Origin: Paracoccaceae bacterium
GTDB taxonomy: Bacteria; Pseudomonadota; Alphaproteobacteria; Rhodobacterales; Rhodobacteraceae
DNA length: 64,000 bases
Direction of reading: 5' to 3'
Assembly: GCA_027489375.1 (NCBI GenBank)
Contig: JAIXZW010000009.1
Location: 8,461 to 72,460, forward strand
This document shows positions 9,074 through 19,408 of the stretch, in pieces. The notes beneath the pieces are model-generated. The model saw nothing but the letters and a program-made list of their open reading frames with translations. It was not told the origin of the DNA and ran no database searches. The translations under genes and the position numbers were made by a program. Every line of letters begins with the position of its first letter. Position 1 is the first letter of the stretch.

Positions 9074-9077
<4 letters not shown>

Positions 9078-9937
9078 TGCTGATCGACACCCTAGCGCAG
9101 GGGCTGCTGCTTGGCGGTCTTTACGCGCTTTTCGCGGCGGGGCTTTCGCTTGTTTTCGGGATCATGCGGCTGGTCAATCTCGCGCATGGCGACCTGATCA
9201 TCCTTGCCGCCTATCTGATCCTGACGATTGCCACGGTGACGGGGCTGCACCCGTTCCTTGCCGTGGTGCTGGCCGCACCCGTGATGTTCGCCCTTGGCTG
9301 GCTGCTCCAGACGCATCTTCTGAACCGCGTGCTCGGCACCGATATCCTGCCGCCGCTGCTGGTGACGTTCGGCCTGTCGGTGGTGATCCAGAACGGGCTT
9401 CTGTCGGGCTTTACCGCCGACAGCCAGAAGCTGACGGCGGGGTCGATCGAGGCGGCTTCGGTCAGCCTCGGCTTCGTCACGCTGGGGGTGATGCCGCTGC
9501 TGACATTCGCATCCGCCGTGGCGGTGGTCTTTGCGCTGAACCAGTTGTTCTACCGCACGGCGCTTGGCCGCGCCTTTCGGGCCACCTCGGACGATCAGGT
9601 GACGGCGCAACTGATGGGCATCCGCCCGCAGAACATCTTTGCCATCGCCACGGGGATCGCGCTGGTCGTGGCCACCATCGCCGCACTTTACCTTGGCACG
9701 CGCGCGAACTTTGACCCCTCCATCGGCCCTGCCCGCCTGCTTTACGCATTCGAGGCGGTGATCATCGGCGGGCTTGGCAGCCTGTGGGGAACGCTGGCGG
9801 GGGGTATCGTGATCGGCATGGCGCAGGCCGTGGGGGCGTCGATCAACCCCGAATGGCAAATCCTGTCGGGGCATATCGCCTTTGTGATCGTCCTGCTTTT
9901 CCGTCCGCGCGGGCTGTTCCCGCGGGCGAATGACTGA
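9074..9937 (+). CDS. branched-chain amino acid-type ABC permease (LivH-like)
   Basis: MMLIDTLAQGLLLGGLYALFAAGLSLVFGIMRLVNLAHGD is the canonical LivH N-terminus. ATGA overlap with livF-like. Confidence 0.9.
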
Positions 9938-10997
9938 GGTGCCGCAGATGACCCTTTCCCGTCCGCTCGGCCTTGGCCTTGCCTTCGCGGCGCTTGCGCT
10001 GCTTTACGCCCTGCCCGCGATCGCCCCGCGTGCCGTGGTGCAGGACCTGTTCGGCATCCTGACGCTGCTGGTGCTGGCGATGAACTGGAACATGCTTGCC
10101 GGTTTTGCGGGGCTGGTGTCGGTGGGACAGCAAGCCTTTGTCGGGATCGGTGCCTATGCGATGTTCGCGGCGATCATCCTGATGGGGCTGGACCCGCTGG
10201 TGGGGGTGCTGATCGGCGGCGTGGCGGCGGCGGTGTTTGCCATTCCGATGGCCTTTTTCGCCTTTCGCCTGAACGGCGCTTACTTTGCCATCGGCACATG
10301 GGTCGTGGCCGATATCGCCCGCCTTGGCATCAGCCAGTGGAAGGCGCTGGGGGGCGGGACCGGAACCTCGCTGCCCAAGGGGACGGCCAAGGAAATGGCT
10401 TTCGTCGAGCAGATCAAGGCGTTGCTGGATGTCTCGAGCGCCGCCGCTGCCGATGCGCTGACCTATTGGCTTATGCTTTCGTTGGCCGTGGCGATGCTGG
10501 TGGCGGCCTATGTTTTCCTGCGCTCGCGCATGGGGCTGGGGTTGCAGGCGATCCGCGACAATGAAAACGCGGCGCGGTCGGTGGGGGTGGACCCCGTGAA
10601 GCTGAAGGCGCTGGTCTTTCTGCTGACGGCCTTTGGCACGGGGCTGTGCGGGGCGCTGGCCTTCATCCAGATCACCCGCGTGACGCCGGACGCCGCTTTT
10701 TCGGTGATTGACTGGACCGCATTCGTCATCTTCATCACCGTGATCGGCGGGATCGGCACCTTGCCCGGTCCCATCGTCGGGGTGATCGTCTTTTACGCCC
10801 TGCAACGCGCGCTTGCCGATTACGGCACGATCTACCTGATCGTGCTGGGATGCCTTGGCATTGCGGTGATGCTGTTCGCCCGCCGTGGGTTGTGGGGCAT
10901 GTTCACCGACCGCACGGGGCTGGACCTTTTGCCCCTGACCCATCGCCCGCCGCGCCTTGCGGCGCTTCAACCGAAACCTGCCCGCAGCACCGTCTGA
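9930..10997 (+). CDS. branched-chain amino acid-type ABC permease (LivM-like)
   Basis: Polytopic membrane protein containing NWNMLAGFAGLVSVGQQAFVGIGAY. It overlaps the livH-like stop. Confidence 0.85.
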   Translation: MTEVPQMTLSRPLGLGLAFAALALLYALPAIAPRAVVQDLFGILTLLVLAMNWNMLAGFAGLVSVGQQAFVGIGAYAMFAAIILMGLDPLVGVLIGGVAAAVFAIPMAFFAFRLNGAYFAIGTWVVADIARLGISQWKALGGGTGTSLPKGTAKEMAFVEQIKALLDVSSAAAADALTYWLMLSLAVAMLVAAYVFLRSRMGLGLQAIRDNENAARSVGVDPVKLKALVFLLTAFGTGLCGALAFIQITRVTPDAAFSVIDWTAFVIFITVIGGIGTLPGPIVGVIVFYALQRALADYGTIYLIVLGCLGIAVMLFARRGLWGMFTDRTGLDLLPLTHRPPRLAALQPKPARSTV

Positions 10998-11019
10998 CGC
11001 GATCACGAAGGACCGACCC

Positions 11020-11859
11020 ATGAAGCACTATTTCTCCGAAGACAGCTCGGTCGAAACCGTCAACGCCCGCATGGGTGAAGGGACAAGCCCGCGCATGGCC
11101 GAGGTGATGGCCTGCCTTGTCAAACACCTGCACGCCTTTGCCAAGGAAATCCACCTGACCCAAGGTGAATGGGAGCGGGGCGTCGATTTCCTGACCAAGA
11201 CAGGGCAAATCTGTTCGGGCGAGCGGCAGGAGTTCATCCTTCTGTCGGACGTGCTGGGCTTTTCCATGCTGGTCGATGCGATCAACAACCGCCGTCCGGC
11301 GGGCGCGACCGAGAACACTGTCTTCGGTCCCTTCCATGTCGAGGACGCGCCGATCCGTGCGATGGGCGAGACCATCAGTCTGGATGGCAAGGGCGAACCC
11401 TGCCTGTTCGAGGGCCGCGTGATCGACCTGCACGGCACCCCGATCGAGGGGGCTTGCGTCGATGTCTGGTCGGACAATGCGGACGGGTTCTACGATGTGC
11501 AGCAACCCGGCATCCAGCCGAAATGGAACAACCGTGGCCGCTTCTACACGGGCAAGGACGGGGTCTATGCCTTCCGCGGGATCAAGCCGACCTCTTATCC
11601 CATCCCCGACGATGGTCCCGTGGGCAAGATGCTGGCGCAGATGGGCCGCCACCCCTATCGGCCCGCGCATATGCATTTCCTTGTCACCGCGCCGGGGTTC
11701 CAGCGGCTGGTCACGCATACCTTCGTGGGCGATGACAGCTATCTGGAAAGCGATGCCGTCTTTGGCGTGAAGCAGACGCTGATCGCGCCCTTCGAGCGGC
11801 TGGAGGGCGAAGATACCCTGTGGCGGTCGCCCTTTGACTTCGTGCTGACCCCGGTCTGA
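11020..11859 (+). CDS. intradiol ring-cleavage dioxygenase (hydroxyquinol/catechol 1,2-dioxygenase)
   Basis: Contains GPFHVEDAP, DVWSDNADGFYD, and the iron-ligand region YRPAHMHFLVTAPGFQRLVTHTF. The start was set at ATG 11020 (MKHYFSEDSS). Confidence 0.85.
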   Translation: MKHYFSEDSSVETVNARMGEGTSPRMAEVMACLVKHLHAFAKEIHLTQGEWERGVDFLTKTGQICSGERQEFILLSDVLGFSMLVDAINNRRPAGATENTVFGPFHVEDAPIRAMGETISLDGKGEPCLFEGRVIDLHGTPIEGACVDVWSDNADGFYDVQQPGIQPKWNNRGRFYTGKDGVYAFRGIKPTSYPIPDDGPVGKMLAQMGRHPYRPAHMHFLVTAPGFQRLVTHTFVGDDSYLESDAVFGVKQTLIAPFERLEGEDTLWRSPFDFVLTPV

Positions 11860-11869
11860 GGGGCGGGCC

Positions 11870-12202
11870 ATGCCGAATGTGAAGATCTTTGTGGATGACA
11901 GCCTTTACCCCGCCGTGCGCGCCCCGCTTGTGCAGGCGCTGGGGCCGATCCGCGACCTGCTTTGCGCCGAGCTGGCGGTCGATGTTCCCGCCTGCCAGTT
12001 CGCCGTGTTGCCCGTGGGTGCGATGGCGGACCTGCCGCGTGTGAATGTGGAGATGGCGATCCTGCCGCGCCCCGAACGCACGCGGGAACGGGTGCTTTCG
12101 GTCTGCGTTCGGATGCGCGCGCTGGTCGAGGCGGCGACAGGCACGCATGTCGCGATCCGCGTGACCTCTCTCGACCCAGAAACCTATATCGCGCTGAAAT
12201 AG
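11870..12202 (+). CDS. small protein with Met-Pro N-terminus, possibly tautomerase-superfamily-like
   Basis: 110 aa beginning MPNVKIFVDD (a Pro-1 after Met removal is the tautomerase hallmark). It sits between the ring-cleavage and maleylacetate reductase genes. The family assignment is not verified. Confidence 0.4.
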   Translation: MPNVKIFVDDSLYPAVRAPLVQALGPIRDLLCAELAVDVPACQFAVLPVGAMADLPRVNVEMAILPRPERTRERVLSVCVRMRALVEAATGTHVAIRVTSLDPETYIALK

Positions 12203-13153
12203 TCAGCCGCGCCGCTGCGTGACCTGCCCTTCGTGCTGGATGCGCGCTTCGAGCAGCGCGAATTCGTCGCGCAGGAAGCCCGCGAACAGCCGCAGCGACG
12301 GCGGCGGGCTGCCCGCGTCATAGGTCAGCATGCCCAACTGCCGGTCGGGGTGTTCGATCTTGAGCCGCAGTGCATCGACTCCCGCCATCTTGCGCATCAG
12401 GAACACCACCGAATAGGGCAGCACGGTCAGCGACTCCGACCCCGCGAGGATCGACAGGATCGAGGCCAGCGTCCCGCCCGAGAAGCTGACGCGGAAATCC
12501 TCTTTCCCGATTGATTTGAGCGCACGTTGCAGGTCGCGGTAAAGCGGGCTGTCGGCGGGCGGGGCGATCCACGGGTAGGGTTCGATATCGGCCAGTGTGA
12601 TCGTGCTGCGCCGCATCAGGGGGTGGCCCGCCCGCGCCGCAATCACGTTGCGCCCCGCCAGCAGCGGGACAAAGGCCATGTCCGAAGGCACGCTGCCCTG
12701 ATGCAGCGGCAGGATGGCCATGTCGAGCGTGCCGTTGCGCAGGCTGACGGCAAGCTGGTCGAAATAGCCGTAGGATTGGGCGATCTGCACCTCGGGGTGG
12801 CGGGTCTGGAAATCGGCGATCAGGGTGGACACCACGCCATCCATGAAGATCGGCGTTCCGGCGATGCGCAGCCGCCCCGCATGGCCCTTGCGGTAATTCT
12901 GCACAAGGCGGCTCGCCTCGGCGTTCAGGGCGTGGATGCGGGCGCCGATCCGCGCGAGGTTTTCTCCCAGTTCGGTGGGCCGGAGCGGGCGCTTGCCCGT
13001 CTCGAACAGCGGCGCGCCGATCCGGTCCTCGAGCAGCGCCATCGTGCGCGAGACGGAGGGTTGCGATTTGCCAAGGGCTTCCGCCCCTTCGGTCAGACCG
13101 CCCTTCTCGACGATCATGGCGAGGATTTCGAGGTGTTCACTGTCCAGCTTCAT
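12203..13153 (-). CDS. LysR family transcriptional regulator
   Basis: N-terminal HTH LEILAMIVEKGGLTEGAEALGKSQPSVSRTMALLEDRIGAPLFE, plus a substrate-binding domain. Confidence 0.9.
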   Translation of the reverse strand: MKLDSEHLEILAMIVEKGGLTEGAEALGKSQPSVSRTMALLEDRIGAPLFETGKRPLRPTELGENLARIGARIHALNAEASRLVQNYRKGHAGRLRIAGTPIFMDGVVSTLIADFQTRHPEVQIAQSYGYFDQLAVSLRNGTLDMAILPLHQGSVPSDMAFVPLLAGRNVIAARAGHPLMRRSTITLADIEPYPWIAPPADSPLYRDLQRALKSIGKEDFRVSFSGGTLASILSILAGSESLTVLPYSVVFLMRKMAGVDALRLKIEHPDRQLGMLTYDAGSPPPSLRLFAGFLRDEFALLEARIQHEGQVTQRRG

Positions 13154-13245
13154 AACGAAAGATCATATTATCAATCCGCGATCCGATCAATATCGCGCCA
13201 CGGCTTGGCTACTGTGCATTTGCCCGCAGCAGAAAAGGTCCGCGC

Positions 13246-14319
13246 ATGTCGTCGTTTCAGGAAAGCTTTGCCACCACCTTCCCCGCCGTGCGCGTGCGCT
13301 TCGGCGCGGGTGTGCGGCACAAGGTCGGCGAAGAGATGGAGGCGATGGGCCTGCACCGCGCCCTGATCCTGACCACGCCGCAGCAGGCCGATACGGGCGC
13401 GGAATTCGCGGCCCTGCTGGGGGCCAGGGCGGCGGGCGTCTATTCGGGGGCGGCGATGCACACCCCCGTGGCGATCAGCGAAGAGGCGACCGCCAAGGCG
13501 CTGGCGCTTGGCGCGGATTGCGTGGTGGCCGTGGGCGGCGGGTCGACCACCGGCCTTGGCAAGGCCATCGCCCTGCGCACCGACCTGCCGCAGATCGTGG
13601 TGCCGACGACCTATGCGGGGTCCGAGGCGACGGGCATCCTTGGCCAGACCGAGGGCGGGAAGAAAACCACCCTCACCTCGCCCAAGGTGCAGCCCGAAGT
13701 GATCCTGTATGATGCCGAACTGGTCCGCACCCTGCCCGTGGGGATGACGGTGACATCGGCGCTGAATGCGATGGCCCATGCGGCCGAGGGGCTATATGCG
13801 CAGAACCGTTCGCCCATCTCGACCCTCATGGCGCTCGAGGGGTTGCGGGCGTTCCGCGATGCGCTGCCCCGCGTGCTGGAAAACCCCGACGACCTGCATG
13901 CCCGTGGCGAAACGCTGTATGGCGCGTGGCTTTGCGGCACGGTTCTGGGCATGGTCGGAATGGCGCTGCATCACAAGCTGTGCCACACGCTGGGCGGCAG
14001 TTTCGACCTGCCGCACGCCGAAACCCATTCGGTCATCCTGCCCCATGCCATCGCCTATAACGAAGCCGCCGCCGCGCGCGAACTTGCCCCCGTGGCCGGG
14101 ATTTTCGGCGGCAAGTCGGCGGGTCGGGCGCTGCACGATTTCGCCATCCGCATGAAAGCCCCGCTCGCCCTGCGCGATCTGGGGATGAAGGAAGCGGACC
14201 TCGACCGCGCGACCGAAATTGCCACGCAGAACCCCTATTGGAACCCGCGCCCCGTCGAGGCGGGCGCCTTGCGTCGGCTGCTGCAAAACGCATGGGACGG
14301 CGCGGCCCCCGCCGCGTGA
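13246..14319 (+). CDS. maleylacetate reductase (iron-containing alcohol dehydrogenase family)
   Basis: FPAVRVRFGAGVRHKVGEEM...VVAVGGGSTTGLGKAIA...HKLCHTLGGSFDLPHAETHSV is typical of maleylacetate reductases. Confidence 0.85.
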   Translation: MSSFQESFATTFPAVRVRFGAGVRHKVGEEMEAMGLHRALILTTPQQADTGAEFAALLGARAAGVYSGAAMHTPVAISEEATAKALALGADCVVAVGGGSTTGLGKAIALRTDLPQIVVPTTYAGSEATGILGQTEGGKKTTLTSPKVQPEVILYDAELVRTLPVGMTVTSALNAMAHAAEGLYAQNRSPISTLMALEGLRAFRDALPRVLENPDDLHARGETLYGAWLCGTVLGMVGMALHHKLCHTLGGSFDLPHAETHSVILPHAIAYNEAAAARELAPVAGIFGGKSAGRALHDFAIRMKAPLALRDLGMKEADLDRATEIATQNPYWNPRPVEAGALRRLLQNAWDGAAPAA

Positions 14320-14345
14320 CCCGACAGACATTCAGGGAGGACAGA

Positions 14346-16103
14346 ATGGCAGACATCACCACCGAGGTGCTCATCATCGGAACCGGACCTTCGGGGTCGG
14401 CCACGGCGGCGCTTCTTTCGAGCTACGGCATCCAGAACATGGCGATCAACCGCTACCGCTGGCTTGCCAACACGCCCCGCGCCCATATCACCAACCAGCG
14501 CGCGATGGAGGTGCTGCGCGACCTTGGCCGCGATGTCGAGGACGAGGCCTATATGTTCGCCACGCATCAGGACCTGATGGGCGAGAACATCTTTTGCGAA
14601 AGCCTTGCGGGCGAAGAGATCGGGCGCATGAAATCATGGGGCAACCACCCCCTGAGCCGCGCCGAACACCTTATGTCGTCGCCCACCAGGATGAACGACC
14701 TGCCGCAGACCTTCATGGAGCCGCTCTTGTTCAAGACCGCCTGCGCGCGCGGCACGCAGGCGCGGATGTCCACCGAATACCTGAGCCATGTGCAGGACGC
14801 CGAGGGTGTGACCACCACCTGCCGCGACCGGCTGACGGGCAAGGAGTTGACGATCCGGTCGAAATACCTGATCGGCGCGGATGGCGGCAAATCGCTGGTG
14901 GCCGAACACGCGGGCCTGCCGTTCGAGGGCAAGATGGGCGTGGGCGGGTCGATGAACATCCTGTTCCGCGCCGACCTGTCGAAATACGTCGCCCACCGCC
15001 CCAGCGTGCTTTATTGGGTCATGCAGCCCGGCGCGGATGTGGGCGGGATCGGCATGGGTCTGGTGCGCATGGTGCGCCCGTGGAACGAATGGCTGATCGT
15101 CTGGGGCTATGACATCAACGGGCCGGAACCCGAGGTGACGCCGGAATTCGCAACGGGCGTGGCGCGGCAGCTTGTCGGTGATACCGAGCTTGAGATCGAG
15201 CTTCTCTCGGCTTCGGTCTGGACGGTGAACAACCGCTACGCCACCCGCACCACCAATGGCCGCGTCTTCTGCATGGGCGATGCGATCCACCGTCACCCGC
15301 CGTCGAACGGGCTGGGGTCCAACACCTCGATCCAGGATGCGTTCAACCTTGCGTGGAAGCTGGCGCTCGTGCTCAAGGGTCAGGCGGGGGAGCGGCTGCT
15401 TGACAGCTATAACGACGAACGGGCGCCGATTGCCAAGCAGATCGTCACCCGCGCCAACCAGTCCATCGCGGAATTCGGCCCGATCTTCGAAGCGCTCGGC
15501 ATGGGCGAAGGCGTCGATCCGGTGCAGATGCAGAAGAACCTGAACGCCCGATCCGAAGGGACCGAGGCGGCCGAGAGCCAGAGAGAGGCGATCCGCAAGG
15601 CCATCGCCTTCAAGAAATACGAATTCGACGCGCACGGGGTCGAGATGAACCAGCGCTACCGCTCATCCGCCATCGTGACGGACGGGCAGATCGAACCGTC
15701 CTTTGCGCTGGATGCCGACCTGCATTACCAGCCGACGACATGGCCGGGGGCACGGTTGCCGCATGCGTGGATATACCGCAGGGATACGGGGGCAGAGGTT
15801 TCGACGCTTGACCTGTGCGGTCACGGGCGGTTTTCGCTGTTGACGGGGCTGGGGGGCGAGGCTTGGGCCGAAGCCGCCGAAGCGGTGGCTGCGGAACTGG
15901 GGGTCGAGCTTGCCGCGCATGTGATCGGCCCGCGCCAGACCTATATCGACCACAGCGGCGACTGGGCGCGCGCGAGCGAGATCCGCGACAACGGCTGCCT
16001 TCTCGTCCGGCCCGACCATCATGTCTGTTGGCGCAGCGAAACCCTGTCGGCGGCGCCGAAGGCCGATCTTTTGCGCGTGTTGCGGGCGGTTCTGGCGCGT
16101 TGA
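14346..16103 (+). CDS. FAD-binding phenol/resorcinol-type monooxygenase (PheA/TfdB family)
   Basis: Contains VLIIGTGPSGSATAALL and GRVFCMGDAIHRHPPSNGLGSNTSIQDAFNLAWKL, plus a C-terminal thioredoxin-like domain. The start was set at ATG 14346 (MADITTE). Confidence 0.85.
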   Translation: MADITTEVLIIGTGPSGSATAALLSSYGIQNMAINRYRWLANTPRAHITNQRAMEVLRDLGRDVEDEAYMFATHQDLMGENIFCESLAGEEIGRMKSWGNHPLSRAEHLMSSPTRMNDLPQTFMEPLLFKTACARGTQARMSTEYLSHVQDAEGVTTTCRDRLTGKELTIRSKYLIGADGGKSLVAEHAGLPFEGKMGVGGSMNILFRADLSKYVAHRPSVLYWVMQPGADVGGIGMGLVRMVRPWNEWLIVWGYDINGPEPEVTPEFATGVARQLVGDTELEIELLSASVWTVNNRYATRTTNGRVFCMGDAIHRHPPSNGLGSNTSIQDAFNLAWKLALVLKGQAGERLLDSYNDERAPIAKQIVTRANQSIAEFGPIFEALGMGEGVDPVQMQKNLNARSEGTEAAESQREAIRKAIAFKKYEFDAHGVEMNQRYRSSAIVTDGQIEPSFALDADLHYQPTTWPGARLPHAWIYRRDTGAEVSTLDLCGHGRFSLLTGLGGEAWAEAAEAVAAELGVELAAHVIGPRQTYIDHSGDWARASEIRDNGCLLVRPDHHVCWRSETLSAAPKADLLRVLRAVLAR

Positions 16104-16113
16104 CCGCAAAAGG

Positions 16114-16142
16114 GGCCGCCGCGGGTGTGATCCGCGGCGGCC
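16114..16142. terminator. bidirectional rho-independent terminator
   Basis: An 11-bp stem GGCCGCCGCGG / CCGCGGCGGCC with a 7-nt loop, flanked by AAAAGG on the plus strand (giving a T-tract on the minus strand). It lies between the convergent monooxygenase and LuxR-type genes. Confidence 0.75.
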
Positions 16143-16172
16143 GCGTGACGCTGCCCCTCGGGGCGGGCGCGG

Positions 16173-16820
16173 TCAGACCCAACCGGAGCGGATCGCGTAG
16201 TCCACGATGGCGCGGCGACCCGAGATGTTGAGCTTCGAGGTGCCCCGCGCCTTGTAGGTTTCGACCGTCTTGGAGGAGAGGGCGAGTTCGTAGCCGATTT
16301 CCTTGAGGCTTTTGCCGCGGGCGACGGATTTCAGCACATAGGCTTCGCGTTCGGTCAGGCCGCGGGCGGGGGCAGGGGGGCGCTGGATCGCGGGGGTGGC
16401 GAGGATCGCGTCGGCATAGCGCGGGTCGAGGTAGATCGCCCCCGATTGCACGGCGGAAATGGCGGTGCGCAGGGCGTCGAAACTGATGGTCTTGGACAGG
16501 AAGGCGCGGAAGCCTTGGGCAAGGCAGGCGCGGGCAAGGCCGGGGTTGTCGGTCGCAGAATAGCCGATGAGCCGTGCCCCCCCGAACATGTCACGGAGCC
16601 GGGCAACCATCGCCTGCGGGGTCAGTGTGAATTCGGACGGATCGAGCACGATCAGGTCGAATGGACCCGACACCGCTTCGCGCATGTCCAGTTCGGGCGA
16701 GACGGCGAGCGCAGTCGCACGCAGCGCCTCTTGACGTTCTAGAAGCGCCGAGATGCCGCTTGCCAGAAGCGGGTTCTGGTCGAGGATCGCGATATCAAGA
16801 CAGGTCGCGCCGGGCTGCAT
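16173..16820 (-). CDS. two-component response regulator, NarL/FixJ (LuxR C-terminal HTH) family
   Basis: The receiver has DLIVLDPSE, IGYSA and FLSK. The HTH reads LTEREAYVLKSVARGKSLKEIGYELALSSKTVETYKARGTSKL. Confidence 0.8.
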   Translation of the reverse strand: MQPGATCLDIAILDQNPLLASGISALLERQEALRATALAVSPELDMREAVSGPFDLIVLDPSEFTLTPQAMVARLRDMFGGARLIGYSATDNPGLARACLAQGFRAFLSKTISFDALRTAISAVQSGAIYLDPRYADAILATPAIQRPPAPARGLTEREAYVLKSVARGKSLKEIGYELALSSKTVETYKARGTSKLNISGRRAIVDYAIRSGWV

Positions 16821-16913
16821 GGAGGCCTCCGAGTTCTTCTGGTCTTTCGAATCAAGCGCGCAGAGAGGGCATGGGGTTCCACCGGAAGCGGGGGTTTCCT
16901 GACTGCAAAAGGC

Positions 16914-16940
16914 AACCCGCCTGCGCAGGGCAGGCGGGTT
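16914..16940 (-). terminator. rho-independent terminator after the secreted-protein gene
   Basis: AACCCGCCTGC / GCAGGCGGGTT (11-bp stem). On the minus strand it is followed by GCCTTTTGC. Confidence 0.75.
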
Positions 16941-16950
16941 TTCGGCTGTG

Positions 16951-17430
16951 TCAGAGACGTTCTATGACCGCATTGGCGAAGGCTTCGACCATCGCCTTGT
17001 AATATTCCGGCGTATCGCGCTGGATCATAACGACGGTCGTTCCGGGCGGAAAATAGGGCAGCGCCTCGTTCACGCTGACGGTGAGTTCGTAGGAATTGAA
17101 TTCGGAATTGTCCGTCTCGCTCGAGATGTTCACGGTGCCGACCATTCTGGTATCGGCGACGTTGGTGATGTTTTCGAAAGCGTTGGCGAGTTCGACTTCG
17201 GAGATGTCGACCGAGATCTTCACGCCGTCATCGGCGGTGCGGTCGGTGATGCGGGCGACGATGGCGTTTTCGACATCGTCGGCAACATTGGTCCAATAGG
17301 CTGCAGCCGCAGGATTGGAGATGGCGCTGATGTCGGCTTCGACATCGACGGTGCGGACCTTGGTCTTGTCATCGGCCAGCGCCGGAAAGGCGCAAAGCGC
17401 AAGGGTGAGGGCGAGAGTGGTTCTGATCAT
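16951..17430 (-). CDS. secreted/periplasmic protein of unknown function (signal peptide), likely EcfG regulon member
   Basis: MIRTTLALTLALCAFPALADDKT... An RBS (AAGGA) lies 8 nt upstream of ATG 17430, and an EcfG motif lies just upstream. The long N-terminal extension of the tracked ORF (to 17823) is Arg/Gly/Pro-rich (MAPRRTRGQGRQPRGGHAGRG...) and would run back through the EcfG motif. Confidence 0.7.
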   Translation of the reverse strand: MIRTTLALTLALCAFPALADDKTKVRTVDVEADISAISNPAAAAYWTNVADDVENAIVARITDRTADDGVKISVDISEVELANAFENITNVADTRMVGTVNISSETDNSEFNSYELTVSVNEALPYFPPGTTVVMIQRDTPEYYKAMVEAFANAVIERL

Positions 17431-17477
17431 CGGATCGTCCTTTCGCATCTTGGGGCGCGTTGCCCCGGCGCGAAAGA

Positions 17478-17503
17478 AACGCGCCGAGGCGGGCAGGGGT
17501 TCC
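17478..17503 (-). promoter_or_regulatory. sigma-EcfG-type promoter (GGAAC-N17-CGTT)
   Basis: On the minus strand, GGAAC at 17503-17499, a 17-nt spacer, CGTT at 17481-17478, about 48 nt upstream of ATG 17430. Confidence 0.7.
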
Positions 17504-17516
17504 GAATGGGGCCGGA

Positions 17517-18398
17517 TCAGAGCGGCGGGACGCTGCCCGAGGGGTTGCGGTTGGACATGGCCGCGCCACCCGTGCCGACCACGCCGGTCGAGACGATCGG
17601 GCCGGGGCGCTGGTAGACCGAGCGGTTCGGGTTCGGGGTGCGGCCCTGTCCCTTGGTCCATGTGGCGGGGGAATTTCGATCCTCGTCCCCGCTTTTCAGG
17701 AAGGCCATGCCCGCGACCGCGCCGATGGCCAGCGCCACGGCTCCGACGGCGACGGGGTGTTCCTCGACCAGCGTGACCACCTCGCGGCTGCCGCCCTTGA
17801 CCACGCGTTCGGCGCGGAGCCAAGCGGCGTAGCTTTGTTCGCGGGCGGCGACGACCTGTTCACGGACGGAGTCGGAGAGGTGTTCCAGCCCGTTCGAGAT
17901 GTTGGTGCGGAGTTCGGAGGTGAAATCCTCGACCACCTGCGCGCGTTCGGAGGCGTAGTCGCGGACCTGTTCGACCTGACCGGCAAGCTTGTCTTGCAGT
18001 GATCCGGCGGCAGAGCGGGCCTCGTCCTCGATCCGCGAGAGGGCGTCCATCGCCTTTTGGCGCAGGCCGCCGACATGGCGGTGCCATTCGGGGTCGGGAT
18101 CGTCGGCATGGAGGGCGGCATAGCCGTTTCGGGCGGTGTTAGAGCCTTTTTTGCCGCCCAGAACCATCCACGCCAGACCCAGACCGACCAACGCAAAGGC
18201 GGTGGGGTTGTCGCGCATGGCGCGGTCGAGCGTGCGGGTGGCGTCGGAGGTGTTGAGCTTGATCATGCCCAAAGCCTCGCGCGCGACATAGTCGATGGAG
18301 GCGCGGTTCGAGAGTTCGTCGAGATCGTTGGCAAGACCGCTGCGGACCTGTTCGAGATCGGCCTCGATTTCGCGGGGATCGTTGGGGCTGTCGGTCAT
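17517..18398 (-). CDS. DUF3618-like stress protein with internal TM segments
   Basis: MTDSPNDPREIEADLEQVRSGLANDLDELSNRAS... (DUF3618-type N-terminus). It has coiled-coil regions and two hydrophobic segments. ATGA overlap with the upstream holin-X-like gene. Confidence 0.7.
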   Translation of the reverse strand: MTDSPNDPREIEADLEQVRSGLANDLDELSNRASIDYVAREALGMIKLNTSDATRTLDRAMRDNPTAFALVGLGLAWMVLGGKKGSNTARNGYAALHADDPDPEWHRHVGGLRQKAMDALSRIEDEARSAAGSLQDKLAGQVEQVRDYASERAQVVEDFTSELRTNISNGLEHLSDSVREQVVAAREQSYAAWLRAERVVKGGSREVVTLVEEHPVAVGAVALAIGAVAGMAFLKSGDEDRNSPATWTKGQGRTPNPNRSVYQRPGPIVSTGVVGTGGAAMSNRNPSGSVPPL

Positions 18399-18796
18399 CG
18401 GGTGGCCTCTTTCACGGTTTCGGCGTCGCGCCGCACATTGCGGGCGGTGCGCGTGGGCATCAGGTTTTCGGGGTCGAGCGCCTTTTTCCCGATCAGGGCG
18501 AGGATCCCCGCAGCGACGAGGAAAAAGACGCCGGTGAGGAAGGCCGCCCAACCGGGGTGGAGGCCCGCTTCTGTCAGCCCCGCCACGATGGCGGCGGCAA
18601 AGACGTTGAGGGCGGTGATCACCATGACCGCTGCGGCGGCCATCATGCCGACGCCTGCCATCATGTGGCGGAGGCTTTCCTGAAGCTCGGCCTTGGCGAG
18701 GGAGATTTCCCCCCTCACCAGACCGTTCACGTGCTGGAAGGCCGACGAGATCAGGTCAGCCGTCGAGCGGTGGTCGGTTGAGCTTGTCTCCGTCAC
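18395..18796 (-). CDS. phage-holin-family / Holin-X (DUF1469) membrane protein
   Basis: LVRGEISLAKAELQESLRHMMAGVGMMAAAAVMVITALNVF...FLTGVFFLVAAGILALIGKKAL is typical of the Holin-X superfamily III proteins found next to DUF3618 genes. A GTG start overlaps the upstream stop. Confidence 0.7.
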   Translation of the reverse strand: MTETSSTDHRSTADLISSAFQHVNGLVRGEISLAKAELQESLRHMMAGVGMMAAAAVMVITALNVFAAAIVAGLTEAGLHPGWAAFLTGVFFLVAAGILALIGKKALDPENLMPTRTARNVRRDAETVKEATR

Positions 18797-19398
18797 AGGT
18801 TGCCCCCCCGCGAAGGCATGCCGACGGGGTCGTCGATCATGCCGGAGGACATGCCTTCGCCGGCCATATCCTCGCCCATGCCGCCGCGCGAGAGGCCCGC
18901 GCCCATGTCGCCCGCCTGCGTGCCGGTGCGGCCGTAGGTGCCAAGGTTGGTGCCCGTGTCCGTGCGGCCCGCCTGTGCGGCAAGGCGTGCGAGGACGAGG
19001 CCAGCGGCCGCGGCACCCGCGACGAAGAGGGCGGGGTTGCGCTTGGCGAAGGACTGGATGTCGGCAAAGAGCGACGAGACATCGTGCGAGCGCAGGGAAT
19101 CCGAGACGGCGGTCACGCCGCTTGCCATCGTTTCCAGAACGCGGCCCTGCACCGAGCCGGATTGCTGGCCCGCCGCTTCGCGCAGGGAATCGGCCATGCG
19201 CTGGCCTTCTTCGGCGATGGTTTCGCGGACCTCTTCGGCCTTGGCGGTTGCGCCTGCCTTGAGGTCGGACATGGCGTCACCCATGACCGATTTCGCGCCG
19301 TGCAGCGCGTCCTTGCCGGTTTCCTTGAGATCCTCGGCTGCCTTGCGGGCGGTGTCGGTGATCGAGCCGCTTTGGCCGGATTGGTTCGAAGGTGTCAT
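18793..19398 (-). CDS. membrane-anchored stress-type protein (hydrophilic helical N-part, one TM, Gly/Met-rich tail)
   Basis: [37 protein letters not shown]...[19 protein letters not shown]. An RBS (GAGGAG) precedes ATG 19398. Confidence 0.65.
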   Translation of the reverse strand: MTPSNQSGQSGSITDTARKAAEDLKETGKDALHGAKSVMGDAMSDLKAGATAKAEEVRETIAEEGQRMADSLREAAGQQSGSVQGRVLETMASGVTAVSDSLRSHDVSSLFADIQSFAKRNPALFVAGAAAAGLVLARLAAQAGRTDTGTNLGTYGRTGTQAGDMGAGLSRGGMGEDMAGEGMSSGMIDDPVGMPSRGGNL

Positions 19399-19408
19399 GA
19401 TGTGCTCC